DNA of 64,000 bases from Eledone cirrhosa (taxonomy: Eukaryota): assembly GCA_964016885.1 (NCBI GenBank), contig OZ024749.1, positions 15,872,001-15,936,000 on the forward strand. Reading direction: 5' to 3'. This document shows positions 15,501 to 29,795 of the stretch, one piece after another. Each line of letters starts with the position of its first letter. Position 1 is the stretch's first letter. Under the pieces are notes generated by a model, which searched no databases, had not been told where the DNA came from, and worked only from the letters and a program-made list of their open reading frames with translations. A program made the translations under genes and the position numbers.

Positions 15501-17090
15501 CAACTGGCAATATAAAGACATATTGACCAGTAAGAGCTGGACAAAGGATCCAACTGGTAGGTCACAGTTGAACTGGCAATATAAAGACATATTGACCAGT
15601 AAGAGCTGGACAAAGGATCCAACTGGTAGGTCACAGTTGAACTGGCAATATAAAGACATATTGACCAGTAAGAGGTGGACGAAGGCTCCAACTGGTAGGT
15701 CACAGTTGAACTGGCAATATAAAGACATATTGACCAGTAAGAGCTGGACGAAGGCTCCAACTGGTAGGTCACAGTTGAACTGGCAATATAAAGACATATT
15801 GACCAGTAAGAGCTGGACAAAGGATCCAACTGGTAGGTCACAGTTGAACTGGCAATATAAAGACATATTGACCAGTAAGAGCTGGACAAAGGATCCAACT
15901 GGTAGGTCACAGTTGAACTGGCAATATAAAGACATATTGACCAGTAAGAGCTGGACAAAGGATCCAACTGGTAGGTCACAGTTGAACTGGCAATATAAAG
16001 ACATATTGACCAGTAAGAGCTGGACAAAGGATCCAACTGGTAGGTCACAGTTGAACTGGCAATATAAAGACATATTGACCAGTAAGAGCTGGACAAAGGA
16101 TCCAACTGGTAGGTCACAGTTGAACTGGCAATATAAAGACATATTGACCAGTAAGAGCTGGACAAAGGATCCAACTGGTAGGTCACAGTTGAACTTGCAA
16201 TATAAAGATATATTGACCAGTAAGAGGTGGACGAAGGCTCCAACTGGTAGGTCACAGTTGAACTTGCAATATAAAGATATATTGACCAGTAAGAGGTGGA
16301 CGGAGGCTCCAACTGGTAGGTCACAGTTGAACTTGCAATATAAAGATATATTGACCAGTAAGAGGTGGACGAAGGCTCCAACTGGTAGGTCACAGTTAAA
16401 CTTGCAATATAAGGACGATTGACCATTATAAGCTGGACGGAGGCTCCAACTGGTAGGTGACAGTTGAACTGGTAATATAAAGATATATTGACCAGTAAGA
16501 GGTGGACAAAGGATCCAACTGGTAGGTGACAGTTGAACTGGTAATATAAAGATATATTGACCAGTAAGAGGTGGACAAAGGATCCAACTGGTAGGTGACA
16601 GTTGAACTGGTAATATAAAGACATATTGACCAGTAAGAGGTGGACAAAGGCTCAAACTGGTCGGCCACTGTTGGACAGGCAACATATGAACAGATTGATG
16701 ACCACTATAAAGTGGACGTAGGTCCCAACTGGTAGGTGACAGTGGGATGGGCAACAGAAGGACAGATTGACCACTATAAGGTGGAAGTAGGATCCGTCTG
16801 GGGTGTCACGGCCAGATGGACAACATAAAGGGAGATTGACCAATAAAAGATGGGCGAAGGTTCCGACTGGTAGGTCACAGTTGGATGGCCAATAGAAGGA
16901 CAGATTGACCAGTAAGAGGTTCCTAAGAGTAAGTCATTGTTGGATGGGCAACAGAAAGACGGACTGACCAATAAGAGGTAGACGAAGGCTCCTAATGGTA
17001 AGTCACGGCTGGACAGTTATATGATAGACAATATAAAGAAGGACTGACCAGTATGAGGCGGATGTATGTTCTTACTGGTAGGTGACGGTT
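3530..17090. repeat. 69-bp tandem satellite, ~190 units, homogeneous core (~3700-16400) with diverged edges
   Basis: Unit ~ttgaccagtaagagctggacaaaggatccaactggtaggtcacagttgaactggcaatataaagacata. The 23-aa periodicity in the ORF track matches. Confidence 0.98.
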
Positions 17091-17181
17091 GGAGGGGGAG
17101 GTTGTCAGTAGACTGAACGAGAAGAACTGAACGAAACATGGCTGACAGTAAATAGACGGTCATTAATTGGTTTATCCATAT

Positions 17182-17835
17182 TGGTGGTGGTGGTGGTGGT
17201 GGTGGTGGTGGTGGTGAGGATGATGGTGATGGTGATGGTGGTGGTGGTGGTTATGATGGTGGTGATGGTGATGGTGGTGGTGGTGATGGTGGTGATGGTG
17301 GTGCTGATGGTGGTGCTGATGGTGGTGATGGTGGTTGTGGAGGTGAGGATGATGGTGATGGTGATGGTAGTGGTGGTGGTGGTGGTGGTGGTGGTGGTGG
17401 TGGTGGTGGTGATGGTAGTGGTAGTGGTGGTGGTGGTGGTGATGGTGGTGGTGGGGCTGATAATGGTGGTGATGGTGGTGGTAGTGGTGGTGGAGATGAT
17501 GGTGCAGGTGGTGGTGGTGATAATGATGTGATGATAATGATGATGACATCATCATTATCATCCTCATGATTCGTCAACACCCTCAACAACATCAAATCCG
17601 ACATCATCATCACCACCACCGGGACCATCACCAACATTATCACCCCCACCCCCACCACTACCACCACTACCACCACCACCATCACCATCATCACCACCAC
17701 CATCACCACCATCACCACCATCACCATCATCACCACTACTACTACCACCACCACCACCACTACTACTACTACCACCACAACCACCACCACAACCACCACC
17801 ACCACCACAACCACCACCACCACCAACACCACCAT
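17182..17835. repeat. (GGT/GAT)n followed by (CAC/CAT)n trinucleotide low-complexity block
   Basis: Direct reading. Confidence 0.9.
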
Positions 17836-17985
17836 GGTAACCAAAACAATGTCTGCAATGCCTTCTATCTTTAAAGATCTTCGGTAAATACAAGATGACA
17901 GAATTGGAAGTGTATGTGTTTGTTTGTTTGTATGCGTTAATATGTATGTGTGTGTATGGGTCTACACACACACACACACACACAT

Positions 17986-18068
<83 letters not shown>

Positions 18069-18164
18069 TATATGGATGTGTGTATGTGTGCGTGCATCTG
18101 TGTTTATTTGGGATTATATGTGTATGTGTGTGTGTGTATATATATATACATACTTATATAAACC

Positions 18165-18195
<31 letters not shown>

Positions 18196-18277
18196 GATAG
18201 ACAAATTGTAGAATTTAACAGGGCCTATATACATAATATATAGATGTTGATTATATATATAGATGTTGATTATATAA

Positions 18278-18692
18278 TTGGTGTTGGATGCTTAAAGCGT
18301 CCGTATGCGGTAGGCCGTATGAGCACTCGATGCTCTTACAGAGCAGAGTATAATATCACATAAGAAACGGAGAATCAGTGGTGCGACGAAAGGAATTTAT
18401 TGGACATATTACAATTGTTTCTCGGGCAACCAGCTCGAGGCACGATCGATGCAATGATCAAACCTGACTCTGAAATCGCAAGATCCTCAGATATTTCTCG
18501 ATTCTACGAAGCAGATTTTCCTATTAATAGAAAAATCTGCTTCGTAGAATCGAGACATATCCGAGGATCTTGCGATTTCAGAGTCAGGGTTGATCATTGC
18601 ATCGATCGTGCCTCGAGCTGGTTGCCCGAGAAACAATTGTAATATGTCCAATAAATTCCTTTCGTCGCACCACTGATTCTCTTTTTATCTGG
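18278..18692 (-). mobile_element. Palindromic hammerhead-bearing insert, family A (palindrome 18370-18681 plus one-sided tail 18278-18369)
   Basis: Spacerless 312-bp inverted repeat centred at 18525/6. Right arm: gacatat CCGAGGA..GAAAC aatt GTA atatgtc c AATAAA. The left arm has CTGAGGA on the minus strand. Flanked by direct repeat gatgttgattatata. Confidence 0.85.
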
Positions 18693-18699
18693 GATGTTG

Positions 18700-18805
<106 letters not shown>

Positions 18806-19767
18806 GCGAGATCTGTCCACGCCTTGAACCGTGTGACACCTAAAAGTCAAATTCTAGGTCACCATCCTTTTCGGTGTAAACAGGTTCATGCGTGGGCGAT
18901 CCTTTAAAGGCATGGACAGCTCTCGCTACATTAGTTCCCTACCCAGATCGATGGAGGAGCAGGGATCGATCACGTAGGGGTCACCAATGTAACGAAGGGT
19001 ATTTCTCATTGTTGTTAGATGAAATAACAAGAATAGTTGATTTATTTTATATATAAAAAGGTTTACTTCACTTCAGTCAGAAAGAACAACAAACAAGTTA
19101 CCTATATATATGTGTGTGTGTGTATATATATATATATATAAGACGTGTAATTTTAGGAAGATTTGGCTGCTATTTATACCACTTTCAGAAGCCGTTTATG
19201 GGCTCTGTCATTATCTCACGTCCATGACAGCGAATATGTGTTATGTGTATATATGTGTGTACGTATGTGTGTGTTGTATGTGTGTATATCGGTATGTTTT
19301 GTGCAGTGGTACTTGTATGGTTCTGTTTCTATGTGTGTATGTGCACGCGCGTTCGTGCGTCTGTTTTTGTGTGTGCTCATGTGTGTTTTTGTTTGTTTCT
19401 GTGTGTCTTTGTATGTGTGTCGTTTTGTGTGTGTCTGTTTGTGTGTTTGTATGTGGGTATTTATGTATGTGTACGTATGTGTGTGTGTGTGTTTATATAT
19501 ATATGTGTGTTTGTATATCTACATTTAATCAGTAGTTTACGGAAGAATCCTTACAAACTCTAAGTCTGTCGTCCTTCATAGTCATTGATTCAACGTAACA
19601 ACATGGCGCTATTTTTAGGTCGTCTGCTTCAGACAGTTTTCATGAAATCAGCGAAAAGTAATGGCGTCGTCGTCGTCGTCGCTATATTTGCCTCGCTTGG
19701 TGCAACTTCCAATATAACTAATGTTTGACCAAACATCTAATAAAATTTGCATCATCTCTATGTGTTC

Positions 19768-19841
<74 letters not shown>

Positions 19842-20002
19842 TATATATATACATATATATATAGCAGTAAATAAAGGATTATGAGTTCATGCAATTGACT
19901 TATGTTTCGTCACTATACATATATCTATAGATATATACATATATATATATATACATAGATATATATACATAGATATATATACACACACACATATATATAT
20001 GC

Positions 20003-20043
<41 letters not shown>

Positions 20044-21047
20044 TTTGTGTGTGTGTGCGTTTGCGCGCGCGTGCGTTTGTGTTTGTATAACACTACCCTT
20101 AGGTGTGAAAAGGAAAAGGGAAAAACAGTGCTCCACCAGGAAGAGAGCAGAAATATATTATTTATTTATTTTCATACATAGAACAAAATTCCAAGGTTTC
20201 AAGGTTTCAAGGCCCAAGTTTGACCATTCCTCCAGAATACAAGAGACATCAAACCGAGCTGCCTTTCAAATTCTCAAGACTTCAGTACCCTGTTAGAGTC
20301 AGTTTTACTATGACCACAGATAAAGCTCAGGCTCAGAGTTCCAAAGTTGTAGGATTGAATACAAGAGAATCACTGTTTACCCATGGGCAGTTATAGATAG
20401 ATTGTTCATGAGTGGAAACAACTAAAAATGTTCATATACCATGCACAAACGGTAAAACTCTGGTGTATCTGGAAGATTTTTTACTGTTTTTCTTTTCCAC
20501 TCACATACACACATACACCACGGCTTTGCCTCATACTGTAAACCAGACAAACATCCAATACAGTCATTTTTTCTTCTACCGTTCTTCTCTTATCATCTGT
20601 TTACCCTGGCAAAGCTGGGTAAAGATACACATACACACACAGATATATGTGTGTGTGTGTTGTTGTTGTTGTTGTTGTAGTTTGAATTTTGAATCTTTGC
20701 TTTTGCTGTTAGAGTTGCTTTTTTTATATATATTTAGTAGTTTATACCTGACAGAACAAATCTATGATTACAGGCTTTCCATTTGTGACCATCCCATCTC
20801 GTTTTCCGGAAAAATATTTCTAGCATTACATTTATTTCATGTATCCTTCCATTTTAATGGCATTGGCGTTATTTGAGGGAGATTTGACTGCTATATTTAG
20901 GAGAGTTGTTATAGTTACTGCTGTTGTTGTTGTTATTGTTTCTTTAGTCATTTTTGAAAACAAAACACACACCCATTCACACAAACACTCAAACAAACGC
21001 GTACATACATACACATACACACACAAACCAACACAGGCATAAACACA

Positions 21048-21080
<33 letters not shown>

Positions 21081-21420
21081 CGCACACACACACACACATA
21101 CACACACACACACACACCAACACTGGCATAAACGCACACACACACACACCAACACAGGCATAAACACACAAAAATAGCGTTAAAACTCACATACTAAAAC
21201 ACCTCCATACACACCGGTGTTCGTGCGCACACACACACGTGGTCATATACACATATGTAGACATTCACATACACACACATTTCAACCACAATAACAACCA
21301 CAACAACAACAACAACAACAACAACAGCCCCACTCACAACAACAACAACAACCAGTGCAATAATTCTCAGCTCCAGTCTTGAATTTGATCATACTTCGAT
21401 GGTGTCGTATTATTAATAAT

Positions 21421-22550
21421 GTTGTTGTCGTTGTTGTTACTGTCGTTGTTGTTGTTGTTGTTACTGTCGTTGTTGGTGTTGGTGGTGGTGTTGTTGTTGT
21501 TGGTGGTGGTGGTGGGAGTGCTGTTGTTGTTGGTGGTGGTGGTGTTGTTGTTGGTGGTGGTGGGAGTGTTGTTGTTGTTGGTGGTGGTGGTGGTGGTGGG
21601 AGTGTTGTTGTTGGTGGTGGTGGTGTTGTTGTTGGTGGTGGTGATGTTGATGGTGGTGTTGTTGTTGATGGTGGTGGTGGGAGTGTTGTTGTTGTTGGTG
21701 GTGGTGTTGTTGATGGTTTTGTTGGTGGTGATGGTAGTGGAGGTGTTGATGGTGGTGTTGGCGTTGTTGTTGGTGTTGTTGGTGGTGGTGTTGATGGTGG
21801 TGTTGGTGGTGGCGTTGGTGGTGTTGGCGTTGTTGCTGTTGGTGGTGTTGGTGGTGGTGGTGTTGGCGTTGTTGGTGGTGTTGGTGGTGTTGGTGTTGGT
21901 GGTGATGGTGGTGGTGTTGGTGATGTTGGTGGCGTTGGTGCTGTTGGTGGTGTTGTTGGTGATGTTGGTGGTGGTGTTGGTGGTGGTGTTGGTGGTGGTG
22001 TTGGTGGTGGTGGTAGTATTGATGGTGTTGGTGTTGGTGGTGTTGGCGTTGGTGGTGTTGGTGGTGTTGTTGGTGGTGATGGTGTTGGTGTTATTGGTGT
22101 TGTTGTTGGTGTTGGTGTGGTGTTGGTGTGGTGTTGGTGGTGGTGGTTTTGTTGTTGTTGGTGGTGGTGGTATTGATGGTGGTGTTGGTGGTGGTGGTAG
22201 TGTTGTTGTTGGTGGTGATAGTGGTGGTAGTGGTGTTAGTATTGGTGGTGTTGGTGATGTTGGTGGTGTCGGTAGTGGTGTTGGTAGTGGTGTTGTTGGT
22301 AGTGTTAGTGTTATTGATGTAGGTGTTATTGTTGCTGGTGTTGGTGGTGCTTGGTGTTATTGGTGGTGCTGTCGTTGGTGGTGCTGATAGTAGTGTTGTT
22401 GTTGTCGTTTGTGGGTTTGTTGTTGTTGTTGTTGGTTGTGGTGTTGTTGTTGTTGTTGGTGGCGATGGTTGTGCTGTGGTTGGTTGTGTTGTTGTTGTTG
22501 TTGTTGGTGGCGATGGTTGTGCTGTGGTTGGTTGTGGTGTAGTTGCTGCC
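21421..22550. repeat. (GTT/GGT)n low-complexity tract
   Basis: Direct reading. Confidence 0.9.
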
Positions 22551-22605
22551 GTTAGTGCCATATTTGTAATCTGATCTCTTTTGTTATAACTCGATTATTT
22601 AAATA

Positions 22606-23310
<705 letters not shown>

Positions 23311-24690
23311 CACACACATAAATGCATAGAAACAAAGAGAGATGAAAATAGATTTTCTTTATAAATTCAACTACCAATCTAATATCTAATATCGTATTTC
23401 TCTAATCAGAAATATTACTTGCAACACTTCAACACCGCCACCACCGCCATCAACATCATTGTGAGTAAAGATCATCGACGGCCATTTTGAATTTTAATTC
23501 ACTTTGTTCTGTGAGAAGGTATAGTGTTACGTCATGGTCTCTAATCTAACCAACTACTCAGAAGTGTCGTGTTTCCATGTGGGATCAATGCCTTCAAATT
23601 AAGAACCATATTCACTGTTATTCCATTTTCACTAATATTATATTAATGTGTAGGAAGAAGAACTGAGAATGACAGACATATGCGTTTATATGTCTCTAGC
23701 TTCTTTCTTCTTAGTCGACGTCGTCGTCATTCTAATGTCTCACCACTTTAGCTTTCTTTCTTTATATATCTATTTTGTTATCTCTCTCCCCTTTCTCTAT
23801 CTCTATTGTTCTTTCTCTTCTCCTTTCTTTCCTTCTCTGTTTGACAGTATTACCTACTCTCTCTCTCTCTCTCTCTTACTCTCGTTTACTCCTTCTCTCT
23901 GTTAGTCGTCTCTCTCTCTCTCATTCACTCTCACTCTCACGTGTTCACTCACTCCCTCGGTGGTGCTTCCTCTCCTTTCACTCTTTCTACATTGGTCTGT
24001 CTATGTGTGTGCATGTGTGTCTGTGTGTGTGCATGTGTGTCTGAGTGTGTGTGTGGTGTGCGTGTAGGTGTGTATGGCATGTTTTGGTGGATTTAGACAT
24101 CCCCTTTGTTTGAAATAGACTCTCCCTTTCTTTCTCTCTCTGTCAGTGTTGCCTCTTCTCCTCTCTCTCATTCTCTCCTTCCCTCTCACTCGTCTAAATT
24201 CCGTATTGAAAATTGCGCTAGTATATATGTGTGTATATATGTATGTGTGTGCATGTATCTATATATATATATGTGTGTGTGTGTGCATGTATCTATATAA
24301 ATATGTGTGTGTGTATGTGTGTGTGTGTGTGTGTGGCAGAAACAGGAGCAATGGAGATTATAAATATAGTAAAATAAAATATTTTTGTAAAATTATATTC
24401 GTGACGTTGGAAAATTTCCCGTCGGCGCCCCCTGCATGAAAGACATATAATTAAGCGCAAGCAATCGATAGCAGACCTGCCAACCTCTAAAATCCTATAC
24501 GGGAAGTACCATGAAAAACCATGCCCCAAAATGGGGAGATTTTACATAATGAAATATATACCCATTTTCACAAGAGAAGACATCTCTCACCCACCCCAAA
24601 GTGGGTGGGAGATTTCCCCGTTGGACGGGGAGGGTTGACAGGTCTGCGATAGTTATTACAATAGTATATATACATATGTATATACAATAG

Positions 24691-24876
24691 TTGTTTCTAC
24701 TTTTGGCACAAGGCCAGCAATTATCTCAGTACATTACTGGTACTTTATTTTATCGACCCCGGAAGGATGAACGGCAAGTTAACCTGGGCGGGATTTGAAC
24801 TCAGATTATAAAGGGCCGTACCTCTATGCTGCAAGGCATGGGGTCCGACTCTCTACCGATACTGCCAATCCACCGC
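24691..24876 (-). mobile_element. tRNA-derived SINE with Nin-like core
   Basis: Minus strand: gcggtggattggcag (A-box-like), gagttcaaatccc (B box), cttgccgttcatccttccggggtcgataaaataaagtacc core, ggccttgtgccaaaagtagaaac tail. Near-identical copies at 30837 and 59236. Confidence 0.85.
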
Positions 24877-24879
24877 TAG

Positions 24880-25275
24880 TTATGCAATAGTATATATACA
24901 TATGTATATACAATATTATATATACAATAGTATATATACATATGTATATACAATAGTATATATACATATGTATATATACATATATATATACAATAGTATA
25001 TATACATATGTATATACAATAGTATATATACATACTTATATACGATAGTATATATACGTATGTATATACAATAGTATATATACATATGTATATACAATAG
25101 TATATATACATATGTATATACAATAGTATATATACATATGTATATATACATACGTATATACAATAGTATATATACATATGTATATACAATAATATATATA
25201 CATATGTATATACAATAGTATATATACATATGTATATATACAATAGTATATATACATATGTATATACAATAGTAT
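24880..25275. repeat. ~26-bp minisatellite (tatatacaatagtatatatacatatg)
   Basis: Direct reading. Confidence 0.9.
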
Positions 25276-26250
25276 ATGTATTTGTATGTATTACATTATT
25301 AATGGAGAGTATGTCAATAAATGTATCACCTGGATTTTAAATTGGTTGTAAATATCTTTCTGTGGATCTTTAATGAACGCTGGGCGAGGTTCAAAACACT
25401 TTCAAACAATTGAACGCTCTTTTTAGAGCTTAATCGAGCACTTCCGGTTATGATATAGTTGCATAGAATATATACGTTTGTGATTTAATGTTTATTTTAT
25501 GTTATTTTTATTGGTGGATTGGCAGTAAACGGTAGAGCGTCGAACAACATACTTTGTAACATAGATTTTTAGGTCCTTTACGTACGTTGTGAGACAACGA
25601 TGGAGGAGGTCAATTTTTTTAGCCATTGTAATCAGAGACAAAGCAAGTAGGCAGGTGTATAGACGTGGTCATAGTAACAGAATCTCAGGTGAGAATCGGG
25701 GTAATGTTGAAAGAAGAAGAAGAAAAGAAATCGCGATTATTCAGACAGGAAAAAGTGCTTTTTCGTTTCCTACACACAGAAAAAAAACAAACGGGGTGGC
25801 CTTGGCTAGAATGTCTTTGATCACTGGTATGCTCAAAGAAGACTTATATAGAAATACAGAATAAAGATAGAATTTAAAAATAATAATAACAATAACAACA
25901 ACAAAAACAACAACTATAGGTATTTTGAAATAAATTTATTCCAGCAGAATTGGTTTTTTATTTTAGTCTGATAAAGATTTGGCTGAAATCCTCCTATGCT
26001 GAAATAGAGGTAATATACAGATAGGTATTACAGATAAGTAATATACAGGTACATATTACAGGTAAAGAATATACAGGTAAATATACAGGTAAAGTAATAA
26101 ATTTTAATGTTTCATTGAATACTGGAACCAGACATGTATGGAAGCTAGTGAATAAACAATATTCACTCCGGATTAAAAGTTTCTATATATATATACACAT
26201 ACATATATATATACGTCTATATATACGTCTATATACATATATATATATAC

Positions 26251-26316
<66 letters not shown>

Positions 26317-26376
26317 TACTGTCATTTCTATAATACGAAGAGGGTGTTTAACTCCAACACGCTCCAGTATTTTAAC

Positions 26377-26422
<46 letters not shown>

Positions 26423-26467
26423 ACATATATATGTAGTTATATGAATATTTATATATATGTATGTATT

Positions 26468-26514
<47 letters not shown>

Positions 26515-26555
26515 ATATATATGTAGTTATATGTATATTTATATATGTATGTATT

Positions 26556-26598
<43 letters not shown>

Positions 26599-26834
26599 CA
26601 TATATATATATGTGAGTGTGTGTGTGTGTGTGTATTTACATATAAATATATATATAATTATGTATATATTTATATATATATGAAATATATATGTATATAT
26701 ATATATAAAAATATATATATATAAACATATATATGTATTTATATATATATATATGTATTTGCATATATATATATGTGTGTGTATTTAAATATAAATATAT
26801 ATATTATATATGCATATATATATATATAATTATG

Positions 26835-27062
26835 TAGAATAGAAAATGAAAAAATCAGTGATGCATCTGAACTCAATTTATTGTGTGTTACAATTGTTTC
26901 GCTGGCGGACAGCTCGAGACGCGTTCATTGTAACACACAATAGATTGAGTTCAGATGCATCACTGATTTTTCATTTTCTATTCTATCATACTCTGCTCTG
27001 TAAGAGCATAGAGTGCTCAACCGGCATACCACCTATGGAAGCATCTTAGCTACCATCAGACA
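26835..27062 (+). mobile_element. Palindromic insert, family A relative (inverted repeat 26835-26985 plus tail), 3' half of hammerhead only
   Basis: Arms tagaatagaaaatgaaaaaatcagtgatgc.../...gcatcactgatttttcattttctattcta. Minus strand tcgagctg..GAAAC aatt GTA..AATAAA. The tail is the reverse complement of the 18.3-kb tail. tatatatataattatgta lies on both sides. Confidence 0.75.
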
Positions 27063-27138
27063 ATATATATATAATTATGTATATATTTATATATATATAA
27101 AATATATATGTACACAAATATATATATATATGTATGTT

Positions 27139-27253
<115 letters not shown>

Positions 27254-27573
27254 TTATATATATGCATTATATATATATATGTGTTTATATATATATTCAA
27301 ATATATGTCAATTAAATAGTACAAACTCAAAAACCTACCAATATATATATATATATATATTCGTATATTCAGGTGTATCTATGTATGTATGTATATATAA
27401 GTGATTTATTATCAAGATGGCTGTTTTAATGGAAAATTGGTGATGGGGAAAACGGATGTAGCATGTTGAGGTGGCGTTATTCCACGGAACCGATATACAT
27501 ATGTATTCATATATATGTATATATATTCATATATATATATATATATATACGTCTATATATATATATATATATA

Positions 27574-27618
<45 letters not shown>

Positions 27619-28794
27619 GTCTATAGCTATATATAGACACATATGTATATATATATACGTCTATATATATATATATTCATATATATATATATACACACAC
27701 ACATATATATACACCCATCATTGGATGTGATTAATAAAATCGTGTCTTATAAACCTCAAGTTGAAATTATATGCGTTATCACGTGACCAGAAATTCTGAA
27801 CTCATTTCTGATTAATTCCCTTTGAAATAGGGATAAAACAGGTGGCGCCACCAATTTCAGATTTGTCAGATATTGACTTTAAATTCTGTCTGCCAGTTTG
27901 TCTGTCTGGCTTTGTGTCTGTGTATGTGTGTATGACAGTGTATGTGTTTATGTGTGTCTGTGTGTATGACAATGTATGTGTTTATGTGTGTGACAGTGTA
28001 TGTGTTGCTGTGTGTCTGTGTATCTGTGTGACTGTGTGTGTATTGTTGGTGTTGCTGTTGTTCTACGTTCTTCTTTGTGCTTTTGTTGTTGTTACTAATG
28101 CGTCTTGTTGTTATTGCTTCTGTTGCTGTTGCTATTGCTGTTGTTGCTATTGCTGTTGTTGTTACTGTTACTGTTACTCATGCTTCTGCTGTTGTTGTTA
28201 CTGTTACTGTTACTAATACTTCTGTTGTTGTTGTCGTTGTTGTTGCTGTTACTAATGCTTCTGTTGTTGTTGTTGTTGTTGTTACTAATGCGTCTTGTTG
28301 TTATTGCTTCTGTTGTTGTTGCTATTGCTGTTACTGTTACTACTGCTTTTGTTGGTGTTGCTGTTGTTCTTGTTACTCCTCATGCTTTAAGTATTGTTTT
28401 TAAAGTTGGTTTTGTTGTAGCAGTTGATGGTGATGATGCTGATCATTATGATGGTGGTGATTAAGATAACGTTGTTGATGATGATAATGATGATGATGCT
28501 GATGATGATGATGATGATGGTGTACCGTTGGTGTGGTCGTTCAACTTTTGATTATTCTGATCTTTGGTCTAAATCTATATATCGACCAAACTAATCATAG
28601 TGTAAACAGATGTAAGCACTCCACGTGTGTCTGTATATTCAATAAATTAATCAGTCAACGCTTTTATTCATCACGCATTCATTCAGTTGTTCCATGCACC
28701 AAAATCAGTAATATATATATATATATTTGTGTGTGTGTGTGTGTGTGTCTGTGCGTGTCTGTGTGTATATGTGTGTGTATGTATTTACCCCACC

Positions 28795-28960
28795 GATGTT
28801 GTCCAAGAGAAAGGCAATGGCCGATACAGCTGAGTAAACTGGAGCAACGTGAAATAAAGTGTCTCGCTCAAGAACACAACGCAAAGCCCGGTCCGAGAAA
28901 CGAACTCACAACCTGACGATTGTAAGCCTGATGCTCTAACCACTAAGCCATGCGCCTTCA
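28795..28960 (-). mobile_element. tRNA-derived SINE with Meta/V-like central domain
   Basis: Minus strand: gtgaaggcgcatggcttagtggttag (A box), gagttcgtttc (B-box-like), gttgtgttcttgagcgagacactttatttcac. Related copies at 48577-48695 (-) and ~30255-30390 (+). Confidence 0.75.
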
Positions 28961-28990
28961 CATACATACATACATACATACATACATACA

Positions 28991-29401
28991 TGGTGGCTGC
29001 CAACTCGTTTTCGAGTACGGCCATAACTTTATATCCATGTAGGAGAACCCCTACCGATGCGCTGAACGAGTGTGACTTTTTAATCCAGCCAGTGACTTGA
29101 AAACTCTGGTACAAACACTACACTTGTGACAATTATTGACACATAGTGCTGGGCCCATGGTACCATGTGACGACAAGTGCAGAGAGATCTCCAGATATAA
29201 AGCAATGCCTGTGCCGTGAAGCTTTTATAGTGAGCAAAGGCACTGCACAAAGCCAGTCCCACTCTCTTAACCAAGATGATATTTACCAAAAAGAAGAACA
29301 AGTCAACATCATTGGATACCATCAGGGTTGCAGGTGTTATATCAGAGTTTTCCTTCTCCTAGAATTCTGCCTTGACAAAGGCTAAGGGGTCATCTCTCCC
29401 G
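28991..29401 (-). mobile_element. RTE-related non-autonomous retroelement (5'-truncated copy) within (CATA)n
   Basis: Nearly identical to 53453-53862 and, inverted, to 59745-60101. Contains ggagaaggaaaactctgat, resembling RTE 5' UTRs. Confidence 0.7.
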
Positions 29402-29484
29402 GACATACATACATACATACATACATACACACATACATACATACATACATACATACATACATACATACATACATACATACATAC

Positions 29485-29795
29485 ATGATGGCTGCAAACT
29501 CTGCTAAGAGTATTGCAATCGCTTGTCAGATTACAGAGTTTGGTGCACTTTTAGGCTACGGCCAGCCACACGAACCTGTAACATATCCTGAACAAGGAAT
29601 GCCTGTGCTTTGAAGGTTTTTTAAGTGGGGAAAGGCCTTGCACTCGACCAATCTCACTCTCTAAGCATCGAAAACACTACCCGAAAAGGAGAACTGGTCA
29701 ACATCATCGGATGCTTCCGGAGTTGCAGGGTTTTTTTTTTATAGTTTCCCTCTCCTAGAAAGGTGTTGCGACAACTGGGGGCCTTTCACTCCCAG
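29485..29795 (-). mobile_element. Diverged relative of the same RTE-related element
   Basis: Colinear similarity: gatggctgcaaactc, aatgcctgtgc, gtcaacatcatcggat, tttccctctcctagaa. Confidence 0.55.

Noticed and set aside
3618-16754. 4378-aa minus-strand ORF and overlapping 23-aa-repeat ORFs
   Set aside because: The unit length is a multiple of 3 and three frames are largely open at once. There are no unique domains and no evident synonymous bias. Best explained as satellite, though only transcript or proteomic data can exclude translation.
3530-17090. CRISPR-like array
   Set aside because: No unique spacers, no cas genes, eukaryotic context.
19862-19915. Short fragment with tgtttcg between TA tracts
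   Set aside because: Too short to assign to the ribozyme families.
24423-24437. Second CTCF-like motif (minus strand tgcagggggcgcc)
   Set aside because: Partial match only, expected by chance in 64 kb.
28900-28960. tRNA gene
   Set aside because: A/B boxes belong to SINE heads; no complete cloverleaf.
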